DNA of 64,000 bases from an uncultured delta proteobacterium (GTDB taxonomy: Bacteria; Desulfobacterota; Binatia; DP-6), in the NCBI GenBank assembly GCA_963815115.1, contig CAWFFN010000005.1:832001-896000 (forward strand), written 5' to 3'. The notes beneath the pieces are model-generated. The model saw only the letters and a list, made by a program, of their open reading frames with translations. It was not told the DNA's origin and did not search any database. A program made the position numbers and the translations under genes. Positions 53,636 through 61,712 of the stretch are shown here, piece by piece (the stretch's first letter is position 1; each line of letters begins with the position of its first letter).

Positions 53636-55201
53636 TCAGTGGCCCGCCTCGGTCTCGACCGTGAGCCAGCGCGCGGCCAGCAGCCAGGCTGCCATCAGCG
53701 CGTACCCGGCCGCCCATGGCCACGCCGGGCGCAGCGCCATCGCGGTGTCGCCGGGGGTCCAGCGATAGGAGTGGATGAGACCCACGGCGGCGAGCGCCGC
53801 GGCGAGCCCGCACCAGGCCGCCGCGCGTTCGAATTGGCGCTCGATGATCGCCACGGTGGCGGCGGCGAGGATCATGGCGGTGAAGATGAACCCCTGCTCG
53901 AGAGCGAAGGCGCCGTCGATCCAGGTGTCGCTGGCGTGGAAGGCCGGGATCAGCGCGGGAGAGAACGGCGGTCCTCCCGGCATCCCGACCCCCGCCGCCC
54001 GCAGCCCGCTCTTCGCCATCAACGCGCCCCAGGCCCCGACCCCCGGCAGCAGCCCCAGGACGACGGCGGGCGCGTGTTCCCGCGGGGTCGCCTGGAAGGA
54101 CTGCGCCGTGATGACGATGCCGATCCACAGCACGATCGCCATGCCGGCGTCGATGGGCACCGCCCAGGCGATGTGCGATACCGTGCCGGTGAGGCAGACG
54201 ACCGTCGCGAAAACGGCGTTCAGGACCGAGTAGCCCGAGCGCGCGCCCATCGCCTTCCAGCCGGGATGGCCGATGTAGATGGTCGTCGGAAAGCAGGAGC
54301 CGAAGCAGGCGGCGGCGACGCTGCCGAGGCCGTTCATCGCGAGCGAGGGCGCGGTGGGATAGGCGTCGCCGGCGGCCTCCGCGCTCTCGATGTTCTGGAG
54401 CGAGCCGACGACGTTGAACAGACCCATCGGCAGGATCACCGAGAAGTAGGCGAGGAGGTGGTTGCTGCCGAGCCCGGCGAGGAGGTCGCCGAGCGCTGGC
54501 AGCGGCGCGTGCAGCGCGGCCGGCAGCGCCGGCGCCTCGCCCGGTGCGACGCCGGTGAGCCACGCCAGCGCCGTGCCCGCGCCGACCGCGACCAGGCCGC
54601 CCGGGAGCCCGCCGCGGATGCCGACGCGGCCGAAGTACGTGACCAGCACGATGGCGAGCGTCGCGAGGCCGACGACGGGGTGCGCGAAGGTCCGGAAGAA
54701 GAAGCCGAGCGAGATGAAGCCGAGCGCGATGCCCGCGAGCGTCGAGAGGAGCGCGGCGCGAGGCGTCGCCCGCCGGACCGCGTCCGCCGCGGGCGCCAGG
54801 ACGAGCTCGATGACGCCCGACGCGAGGCACGCCACCAGGCCGGCCTGCCAGGCGACGCGCGCGGGATCGGCCGCGCCCGCGGCTTCCGCGGCGAGCTTCG
54901 CGGGCAACATGATCAGGAACACGTGACCGAAGAGCGACACGGTGTTGATGCCGTAGGGCAGCGCGCAGACGTCGGTGCGCCCGGTGCGGGCCGCGAGCCG
55001 GCGCGCCTGCCAGGCATAGAAGAGATTCCCGACCACGAGCGACACGGCGGCGCCGGGCAGGATCCGGCCGTACAGCAGCGCGGACGGCATGCCGAGCACG
55101 ATCCGGCAGAGCGAGTCGATCAGGAGCAGCTGGACGAGGTTGTCGAGCGCGAGTCCGAAGAAGCCATCGATGTCGCCCCGGACCAGGAAGGGGAGCCGCA
55201 T
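53636..55201 (-). CDS. NCS2-family (xanthine/uracil/ascorbate-type) permease
   Basis: GDIDGFFGL..DN, ALPYGIN, NIESAEAAGD and YIGHPGWK. Confidence 0.85.
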   Translation of the reverse strand: MRLPFLVRGDIDGFFGLALDNLVQLLLIDSLCRIVLGMPSALLYGRILPGAAVSLVVGNLFYAWQARRLAARTGRTDVCALPYGINTVSLFGHVFLIMLPAKLAAEAAGAADPARVAWQAGLVACLASGVIELVLAPAADAVRRATPRAALLSTLAGIALGFISLGFFFRTFAHPVVGLATLAIVLVTYFGRVGIRGGLPGGLVAVGAGTALAWLTGVAPGEAPALPAALHAPLPALGDLLAGLGSNHLLAYFSVILPMGLFNVVGSLQNIESAEAAGDAYPTAPSLAMNGLGSVAAACFGSCFPTTIYIGHPGWKAMGARSGYSVLNAVFATVVCLTGTVSHIAWAVPIDAGMAIVLWIGIVITAQSFQATPREHAPAVVLGLLPGVGAWGALMAKSGLRAAGVGMPGGPPFSPALIPAFHASDTWIDGAFALEQGFIFTAMILAAATVAIIERQFERAAAWCGLAAALAAVGLIHSYRWTPGDTAMALRPAWPWAAGYALMAAWLLAARWLTVETEAGH

Positions 55202-55207
55202 CGGCGG

Positions 55208-56263
55208 TCAGCCCCGCGAGCGGGCGAGCGGTACCTGGACGTCGTAGCGGCGGCCGCCACGCCCCAGCGAGAGCACGATGCCGGGCGCCCCGCGCGCCGC
55301 CTCCAGCCGCTGGCCCAGCGCATCGAGCGAGTCGAGCCCCTCGCCGTCGAGGCCGAGGAGGCGGTCGCCCCGCTCGACGCCGATGCGCTCCGCCACGCTG
55401 CCCCCGCGGACGCGCGTCACGACGAGCCCGTCGTCGCCCTCGCGGGCCTGGAGTCCCAGGAGGTCCCAGGCGAGGGAGTTCCCGTCGGGCTCGGGCGGCC
55501 GGCGGCCCGACACCAGGGTGTCCACCACGCGCCGGGCGCGATCGACGGGGATGGCGAAGCCGATGCCCTGCGCGTTGCCGTAGATCGCGGTGTTGATGCC
55601 GACCAGCTCGCCGAGGATGTTGAGCAGCGGGCCGCCCGAGTTGCCCGGATTGATCGAGGCGTCGGTCTGGATGAAGTCGGTGAAGGTGCGGCCGCCGCTC
55701 TGCAGGCTGCGCTTGACGGCGCTGACCACCCCCGTCGTCACCGTGTGCGACAGGCCGAAGGGATTGCCGATCGCGATCACCGTCTCTCCGATCATCAGGT
55801 CGTCGGAGTGCCCGAGCGCGATGTGCGGCAGCGCGCCGGCGTTGATGCGCAGCACCGCCAGGTCCGAGTCGGCGTCGCGCCCGACGAGCTTGGCGTCGAA
55901 CTCGCGGCCGTCGGCGAGCGTCACGTGGATGCGTCCTCCGCGCAGGATGACGTGCTCGTTGGTGAGGATCGTGCCGTCGCCCTGTACGATGATGCCCGAG
56001 CCGAGGCTGGTGCGCGTGGAGCGTCGCGGCCGCGAGTCGAAGAAGTCGCGGAAGAACTGGTCGAAGAACGGATCGCCGCCGAACGGCGATTGGCGCTGCA
56101 CGACGACCTGCTCGGTGGAGATGTTGACGACCGCGGGCCCGGCCCGCTCCACCGCCTCCACGACACGGCTGCGACGCGCGGGATCGGTCTCCGGCGCGGC
56201 CGCGCGCGTGGTGCCGGCGAGCAGCACCAGGGTCAGGATCGTCGCCCACGTGGTCGTTGCCAT
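55208..56263 (-). CDS. HtrA/DegP-like serine protease with one PDZ domain
   Basis: Signal peptide, GSG, TNEHV, DLAVL and QTDASINPGNSGGPL. Confidence 0.92.
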   Translation of the reverse strand: MATTTWATILTLVLLAGTTRAAAPETDPARRSRVVEAVERAGPAVVNISTEQVVVQRQSPFGGDPFFDQFFRDFFDSRPRRSTRTSLGSGIIVQGDGTILTNEHVILRGGRIHVTLADGREFDAKLVGRDADSDLAVLRINAGALPHIALGHSDDLMIGETVIAIGNPFGLSHTVTTGVVSAVKRSLQSGGRTFTDFIQTDASINPGNSGGPLLNILGELVGINTAIYGNAQGIGFAIPVDRARRVVDTLVSGRRPPEPDGNSLAWDLLGLQAREGDDGLVVTRVRGGSVAERIGVERGDRLLGLDGEGLDSLDALGQRLEAARGAPGIVLSLGRGGRRYDVQVPLARSRG

Positions 56264-58383
56264 GGCACTCGATTCTCCCGGTCGGCGAGCACGAAGTCGA
56301 TCTGACGGCGATCCGGCGACGCCCCCGCGACCGCCACGCGCACCGGATCGCCGACCCGGAACGTGCGCCGGGTGTGCCGGCCGCGCAGCAGGTGCTGCCC
56401 TTCGCGCGGCTCGTAGAAGTCGTCCCCGAGGGTGCCGATGTGCACCAGCCCCTCGACGAAGACCTCGCGGAGCTCGACGAAGAACCCGAACCCGGTGACG
56501 CTGCTCACGACGCCGTCGTACTCCTGTCCGACCTTGTCCTGCATGAACTGGACCCTCTTCAGCTGCAGGATCTCGCGCTCGGCGTCCACCGCCACCCGCT
56601 CGCGCCGCGACGTCTCCTCGGCGATGGCGGGCAGATCGATCGGGATGCGTCCGCGTCCCGTCCGGGCGAAGCGCAGCACCCGGTGCGTGACGAGGTCGGG
56701 ATAGCGCCGGATGGGCGACGTGAAGTGCATGTAGGCGTCTATGGCGAGGCCGAAATGGCCGAGGGGCTCGGCCGCGTAGCGCGCCTGCTTGAGCGAGCGC
56801 AGGAGCACGGTGTTCACGAGCCGGGCCTCCGGGCGCCCCTCGACGGCGTCCAGCACGGCCTGGAACGCCGCCGGCGTCGCCCGCCCGCGATCCAGACGAA
56901 GCCGCAACCCGAAGCCCTCGAGAAGCTGCGCCAGCTCGCGGACGTGCATCGGGTCGGGCGGCTCGTGGACGCGATGCAGCCCGGGAAGGCGCCGCCGCAG
57001 GAGCTCGCGTGCGACGGCCTCGTTCGCGGCCAGCATGCACTCCTCGATCAGGCGGTGTGCGACGTTGCGCTCGGCGCGCACGATCTGCTCCGGCCGGCCG
57101 CGGAGGTCGATCAGGATCTCGGCCTCGGGGAGATCGAAGTCGATCGCGCCGCGGGCGCGGCGCCGGGCGAGGAGTCGCCCGGCGAGGCGCTCGGCGAGCT
57201 CGAGCGGCCCGACGAGAGGCCCCAGCGCGGAACGCACGGCGGGATCGCGATCGGCCAGCACGCGGCGCACCTCGGTGTAGGTGAGACGCGCGGCGCTACG
57301 CATCACGCCGTCGGCGAACTCCGCCGCGCGCGGCTGGCCCCGTGCGTCGAGGTCGAGCCGCACGACCTGCACCAGGCGATCCTCGCCTGCGCGCAGGCTG
57401 CAGAGGTCGTTCGACAGCTCCTCGGGCAGCATGGGTACCACGCGATCGGGAAAGTAGACGCTGGTGCCGCGCGCACGCGCTTCGCGGTCGATGGCGCCGT
57501 CCTCGGGGACGTAGTGGGCCACGTCGGCGACGGCCACCGTGAGCCGGAAGCCGGTGCCGAGCGCCTCGACCAGGACGGCGTCGTCGAAATCGCGGGCGTT
57601 CTCGCCGTCGATCGTGACCAGGGGCAGCGCGCGCAGGTCGAGCCGGTCGCGCAGGTCGGGGCCTGCGAGCTGCCGTGGCAGGCGGCGCGCCGCCGCGCGG
57701 ACGGGGGCCGGGAAGTCGAGTGGCAGGCCGTGAGAGCGGATGACCGCCTCGGTCTGGACGCGCGGGTCGTCGGCCGGTCCGAGGACCTGCTCGACGCGGG
57801 CGACGGCTTCCGGGCTCCGCTCCGGGTACGCCACCAGGCGGGCGACGACGAGATCGCCGTCGCGCGCGCCGCCGTCGGCGCCGCGGTCGACCAGCACGGG
57901 CACGGTCACACGCGGGTCGCGCGGCACCAGCAGCGCTCGGCCGCGTGCGGGGCGGTAGACGCCGAGCAAGGTCTCCACGCCGCGCGACAGGATGCGGACC
58001 ACGCGGCCGTCCGGCCGCCCGCCGCGTCCCAGCCGCCGGACGCGCACCAGCGCGCGATCGCCGTGCATCGCCGGGCTCAGGCTGCGGGCCGACAGGTAGA
58101 CGTCCTCGGCCGCGGGATCGTCCGGCACGAGGAATCCGAATCCGCCCGGGTTGGCGCTCACGCGGCCGGCCACCAGGCCGGACTCCCCGGGGAGCGCCCA
58201 GCGGCCGCCCGAGAGCGCGAGCACGCGGCCGTCGCGCTCCAGGGCCTCCAGCCGCGCGACGGCCGGAGCATGCTCGGCACGCCCGACCCGCGCAGCGCGC
58301 AGCAGGGCCGCCTGCGTCGCCGGCCGGCGGCGGCGCGCGAGCGCGGCGAGGAGGCGCGCGTCGAGGTCGGGATCGGGCGGCGT
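56233..58383 (-). CDS. rnr: Ribonuclease R (start uncertain: ACG 58383 or GTG 58224)
   Basis: GFGF cold-shock domain, TIDGENARDFDDA, RGTSVYFP, HFTSPIRRYPDL and an S1 domain. The frame stays open upstream through a winged-helix-like segment. Confidence 0.9.
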   Translation of the reverse strand, partial: TPPDPDLDARLLAALARRRRPATQAALLRAARVGRAEHAPAVARLEALERDGRVLALSGGRWALPGESGLVAGRVSANPGGFGFLVPDDPAAEDVYLSARSLSPAMHGDRALVRVRRLGRGGRPDGRVVRILSRGVETLLGVYRPARGRALLVPRDPRVTVPVLVDRGADGGARDGDLVVARLVAYPERSPEAVARVEQVLGPADDPRVQTEAVIRSHGLPLDFPAPVRAAARRLPRQLAGPDLRDRLDLRALPLVTIDGENARDFDDAVLVEALGTGFRLTVAVADVAHYVPEDGAIDREARARGTSVYFPDRVVPMLPEELSNDLCSLRAGEDRLVQVVRLDLDARGQPRAAEFADGVMRSAARLTYTEVRRVLADRDPAVRSALGPLVGPLELAERLAGRLLARRRARGAIDFDLPEAEILIDLRGRPEQIVRAERNVAHRLIEECMLAANEAVARELLRRRLPGLHRVHEPPDPMHVRELAQLLEGFGLRLRLDRGRATPAAFQAVLDAVEGRPEARLVNTVLLRSLKQARYAAEPLGHFGLAIDAYMHFTSPIRRYPDLVTHRVLRFARTGRGRIPIDLPAIAEETSRRERVAVDAEREILQLKRVQFMQDKVGQEYDGVVSSVTGFGFFVELREVFVEGLVHIGTLGDDFYEPREGQHLLRGRHTRRTFRVGDPVRVAVAGASPDRRQIDFVLADRENRVPWQRPRGRRS

Positions 58384-58393
58384 GGGCGCGGGG

Positions 58394-58951
58394 CTACTCG
58401 GCGAAGACGGCCGCGGCGACGACCGAGGTCCACAGGCCGTCGCGGTCGCCGATGGCCGACTGCGTGACGTTGCGGGTGATGACGATCTTGTCGCTCACGC
58501 GCCAGAGATCCTTGCGCTCATCGTAGCTCGTGTTGGGGTCGAAGTCGACGCCCAGCACCGTGGCCAGCATCGACGCCGCCAGGTCCTCGGCGTAGTCGCC
58601 GGCGTGCTTGTCGGTCTGCCCGAAGCTGTGGTGCTCCGAGAGGTAGCCGTACTGCGAGCGGTCCTTGGGGATCGCGACGCCGACCGAGGCGGCCACCAGG
58701 CGATGCGGCTCGTTGGTGGCGTTCTCGCTCATCACCACGTAGAGGATCTGTCCGGGCCTGAGCAGCTTCTGCCCTTCCGCCTTCGAGATCAGCTTGGCGT
58801 GCGGCGGGAAGATCGACGACACGCGCACGAGGTTGAACTGCGCGATGCCGGCAGCGCGCAGCGCCATCTCGAAGCTCGAGAGCTTCTCGCGGTGCTTGCC
58901 GACGCCGGCGGTGAGGAAGATCTTCTTGGTGACGAACGCTGGGCTGCTCAT
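58394..58951 (-). CDS. pdaD: Pyruvoyl-dependent arginine decarboxylase
   Basis: SFEMALRAAGIAQFNLVRVSSIFP (Ser-Ser autocleavage site), GYLSEH and SVVAAAVF. Confidence 0.9.
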   Translation of the reverse strand: MSSPAFVTKKIFLTAGVGKHREKLSSFEMALRAAGIAQFNLVRVSSIFPPHAKLISKAEGQKLLRPGQILYVVMSENATNEPHRLVAASVGVAIPKDRSQYGYLSEHHSFGQTDKHAGDYAEDLAASMLATVLGVDFDPNTSYDERKDLWRVSDKIVITRNVTQSAIGDRDGLWTSVVAAAVFAE

Positions 58952-59026
58952 CCTCGTGTAGTCCCCGGAGCGCCTAACATGATCGCCCTGGTCGCACAAC
59001 ATCGGCCCGGGGACACGGCGGGAATT

Positions 59027-59476
59027 TCACGGCGAGCCCGGCACCCCGCGGAGCTCGACCTGGTCGCCCGGACGCACGCCGTGGCGCGCCGCCCAGCCCC
59101 CGTTCACCTCGAGCACGTACGCTGACGGCGCACCCACCGAGATCGGCGCCAGGGAGAGCGGCACGGCGTCGGGATGGATGCCGACGATGCGGCCGTCGCG
59201 GGCGATGAACAGCATGTCGAGCGGGATGAGCGTGTTCTTCATCCAGAAGGACTGGTCGGTCTCCCCCGGAAAGATGAAGAGCATGCCGCCGTCCTCGGGC
59301 AGCGAACGGCGATACATGAGACCCCGCTCCCTGTCGGCAGGCGTGTTGGCGACCTCGAGCTGGACGCTGACCGGCGCGCTCTGCGTGCCGTGCACGACGG
59401 CCGTGGGGCCGTCCCGTCCGCCGCAAGCCAGCGCGAACGTCAGGACGATCGTCAGTACGGTCGCGCACGGTTGCAC
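59027..59476 (-). CDS. DUF192 domain lipoprotein
   Basis: Lipobox ALAC, RERGLMYR, GMLFIF, FWMKNTLIPLDMLF and VLEVNGG. Confidence 0.88.
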   Translation of the reverse strand: MQPCATVLTIVLTFALACGGRDGPTAVVHGTQSAPVSVQLEVANTPADRERGLMYRRSLPEDGGMLFIFPGETDQSFWMKNTLIPLDMLFIARDGRIVGIHPDAVPLSLAPISVGAPSAYVLEVNGGWAARHGVRPGDQVELRGVPGSP

Positions 59477-59504
59477 GACGAACTTGCGTGGAATAAGCGA
59501 AAGG

Positions 59505-61580
59505 ATGCTCAACGCTGCCGCGTTCACGGTGGTCTTGGTCGCCGCCCTGGGCATTTTTCTCTACCAAGTCTGGGGACGCTTCAACCTGCTGCGCGCGGCG
59601 ACCGGCAGGTTCACCCTCGATCGCGTTCCGGAGCGCATCCGGGCGACCCTGGTGTACGCCTTCGGGCAGGAGAAGTTCATCCGGCCGGAGGTGGGCATCG
59701 TCCGCGAGCGCACGGCGGGCTGGGTCCACTTCTTCGTGTTCTGGGGATTCGTGATCCTGGGCCTCCAGATCACCACGATGTTCGGTCGCGCCTACTCGAG
59801 CAACTTCTATCCCTTCCCGTTCACGCCGGACCTGCTCGGCAGGCCCTACTGGCTGGTGCGCGACCTGTTCGAGGCGGCGGTCTTCGTCTGTATCCTCATC
59901 CTGCTCACCCGCTGGCTCGTCACCCAGCCGCGCCGGCTCTTCGGCTACGCGCCCGCGGAGGAGCGCCACCGCCACCACTCGCACTGGGAGGCGTACCTGA
60001 TCCTCGGCTGCATCGGGGCGATCGTGTTCTTCGGGCCGGTCTACGACGGCAGCCGCCTGCTCGCGGCAGGCGTCGACAGCTTCACCGGCGACGCCCGCTG
60101 GGAGCCGTTCTCCTATCTCATGAGCCGGGTGATGGACGCCATCGGCGGTCCCGGCATCGCCAAGCCGCTCGGTGACGCCGCCTGGTGGGTGCACAACCTG
60201 GCCGTCCTGGTGATGCTCAACTTCCTCCCGCTCGCCAAGCACTTCCACGTCATCACCTCGCTGCCGAACGCGTTCTTCAGCAAGCTCGAGCCGCTCGGGC
60301 AGCTGTCGAAGCCCGAGTACGACGAGAACACCGTCCGTTACGGCACCTCGCACATCGACCACTTCACCTGGAAGCAGGTGCTCGACATGTTCAGCTGCAC
60401 GGAGTGCGGGCGCTGCTCGTCGCAGTGCCCGGCCACCGCCACCGGGAAGCCGCTCGCCCCGCGCCAGCTCCTGCTCGACCTGCGCGACTACCTCTACAAG
60501 CACCAGGACGAGGTCATCGCCAAGCGCGTGGGCGTCACGACCGACGGCGCGGGAGGTGCCGAGCTGCCCGCGGTGGGCGAGAACATCGTCGGCCCCGTGA
60601 TCGAGGACGAGGTGCTGTGGTCGTGCAACATGTGCCGGGCGTGCGAGGAGTCGTGTCCGGTGATGATCGAGTACGTCGACAAGATCGTCGACATGCGGCG
60701 CCACCTGGTGCAGGAGGAAGCGCGCTTCCCGAGCGAGCTCAACCGGGTGTTCAAGGGCATGGAGACGCAGTCGAACCCGTGGGGTGTCGGCCCGGCGAAG
60801 CGCTTCGAGTGGGCGGACGGGCTCGACATCCCGACCGTCGCCGACAAGCCCGACGCCGAGTATCTCTACTACGTCGGCTGCGCCGGGGCGTTCGACGATC
60901 GCAACAAGAAGACGACGCAGGCGTTCGCGCGCCTGCTCAAGAAGGCCGGCATCGATTTCGCCTGCCTGGCTCAGGAGGAGCCTTGCAACGGCGACTCCGC
61001 CCGCCGTCTCGGCAACGAGTACCTCTACCAGAGCATGGCGCAGATGGCGGTCGAGACCTTCAACGGCTACAACGTGAAGAAGGTCATCGTGAACTGCCCG
61101 CACTGCTTCAACACCATCAAGAACGAGTTCGTGCAGTTCGGCGGCAACTACGAGGTGGTGCACGCCGCCGACCTGGTGAAGCAGCTGATCGAGTCGGGCA
61201 AGCTCCAGCTGAACGGCGGCTTCGACAAGCGCACCGTCTATCACGACTCGTGCTACTATGGCCGCTTCAACAACGTGTACGACGAGCCGCGCGACGTGCT
61301 GCGCTCGTCCGGTGCCAGGGTCGAAGAGGTGCCGCACCGCCACCACAACTTCGGGCGCTGCTGCGGCGCGGGCGGCGGGCGCATGTGGGTCGAGGAGCGC
61401 GCCGACCAGCGCGTCAACCTGCTGCGCACCGACGAGGCGCTGCAGGCCAACCCCGAGGTGATCGCCGTGTCGTGCCCCTTCTGCATGACGATGCTGTCGG
61501 ACGGCATCAAGGCCAAGGACCTCGAGGACCGCGTGCAGACGCTCGACGTGATGGAGATCGTCGACCGCGCGACGCGGTAG
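59505..61580 (+). CDS. Membrane Fe-S oxidoreductase (FadF/HdrD-like: TM domain, 2x4Fe-4S, two CCG domains)
   Basis: TM His residues, CTECGRCSSQCP, CNMCRACEESCP, CPHC, HDSCYYGR, CCGAGGG and CPFC. Confidence 0.9.
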   Translation: MLNAAAFTVVLVAALGIFLYQVWGRFNLLRAATGRFTLDRVPERIRATLVYAFGQEKFIRPEVGIVRERTAGWVHFFVFWGFVILGLQITTMFGRAYSSNFYPFPFTPDLLGRPYWLVRDLFEAAVFVCILILLTRWLVTQPRRLFGYAPAEERHRHHSHWEAYLILGCIGAIVFFGPVYDGSRLLAAGVDSFTGDARWEPFSYLMSRVMDAIGGPGIAKPLGDAAWWVHNLAVLVMLNFLPLAKHFHVITSLPNAFFSKLEPLGQLSKPEYDENTVRYGTSHIDHFTWKQVLDMFSCTECGRCSSQCPATATGKPLAPRQLLLDLRDYLYKHQDEVIAKRVGVTTDGAGGAELPAVGENIVGPVIEDEVLWSCNMCRACEESCPVMIEYVDKIVDMRRHLVQEEARFPSELNRVFKGMETQSNPWGVGPAKRFEWADGLDIPTVADKPDAEYLYYVGCAGAFDDRNKKTTQAFARLLKKAGIDFACLAQEEPCNGDSARRLGNEYLYQSMAQMAVETFNGYNVKKVIVNCPHCFNTIKNEFVQFGGNYEVVHAADLVKQLIESGKLQLNGGFDKRTVYHDSCYYGRFNNVYDEPRDVLRSSGARVEEVPHRHHNFGRCCGAGGGRMWVEERADQRVNLLRTDEALQANPEVIAVSCPFCMTMLSDGIKAKDLEDRVQTLDVMEIVDRATR

Positions 61581-61585
61581 GAGAG

Positions 61586-61695
61586 CGACCCGAGACTCCG
61601 TCTCGGGTCGGGACGGAAAGCGAGAATGAGGCTCGATGAGCAGTGCGGACGTCGTGCCGCGGGCGGCACGGCCGCCGCGGCAGACGATTCCGGAG
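61586..61695 (+). repeat. Dispersed ~110-bp structured repeat, copy C
   Basis: CGACCCGAGAC-TCC-GTCTCGGGTCG ... TGCCGCGGGCGGCACGGCCGCCGCGGCAGACGATTCCGGAG, 5 nt after a stop codon. Confidence 0.9.
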
Positions 61696-61712
61696 CGCGA
61701 GCTTCACACTAG

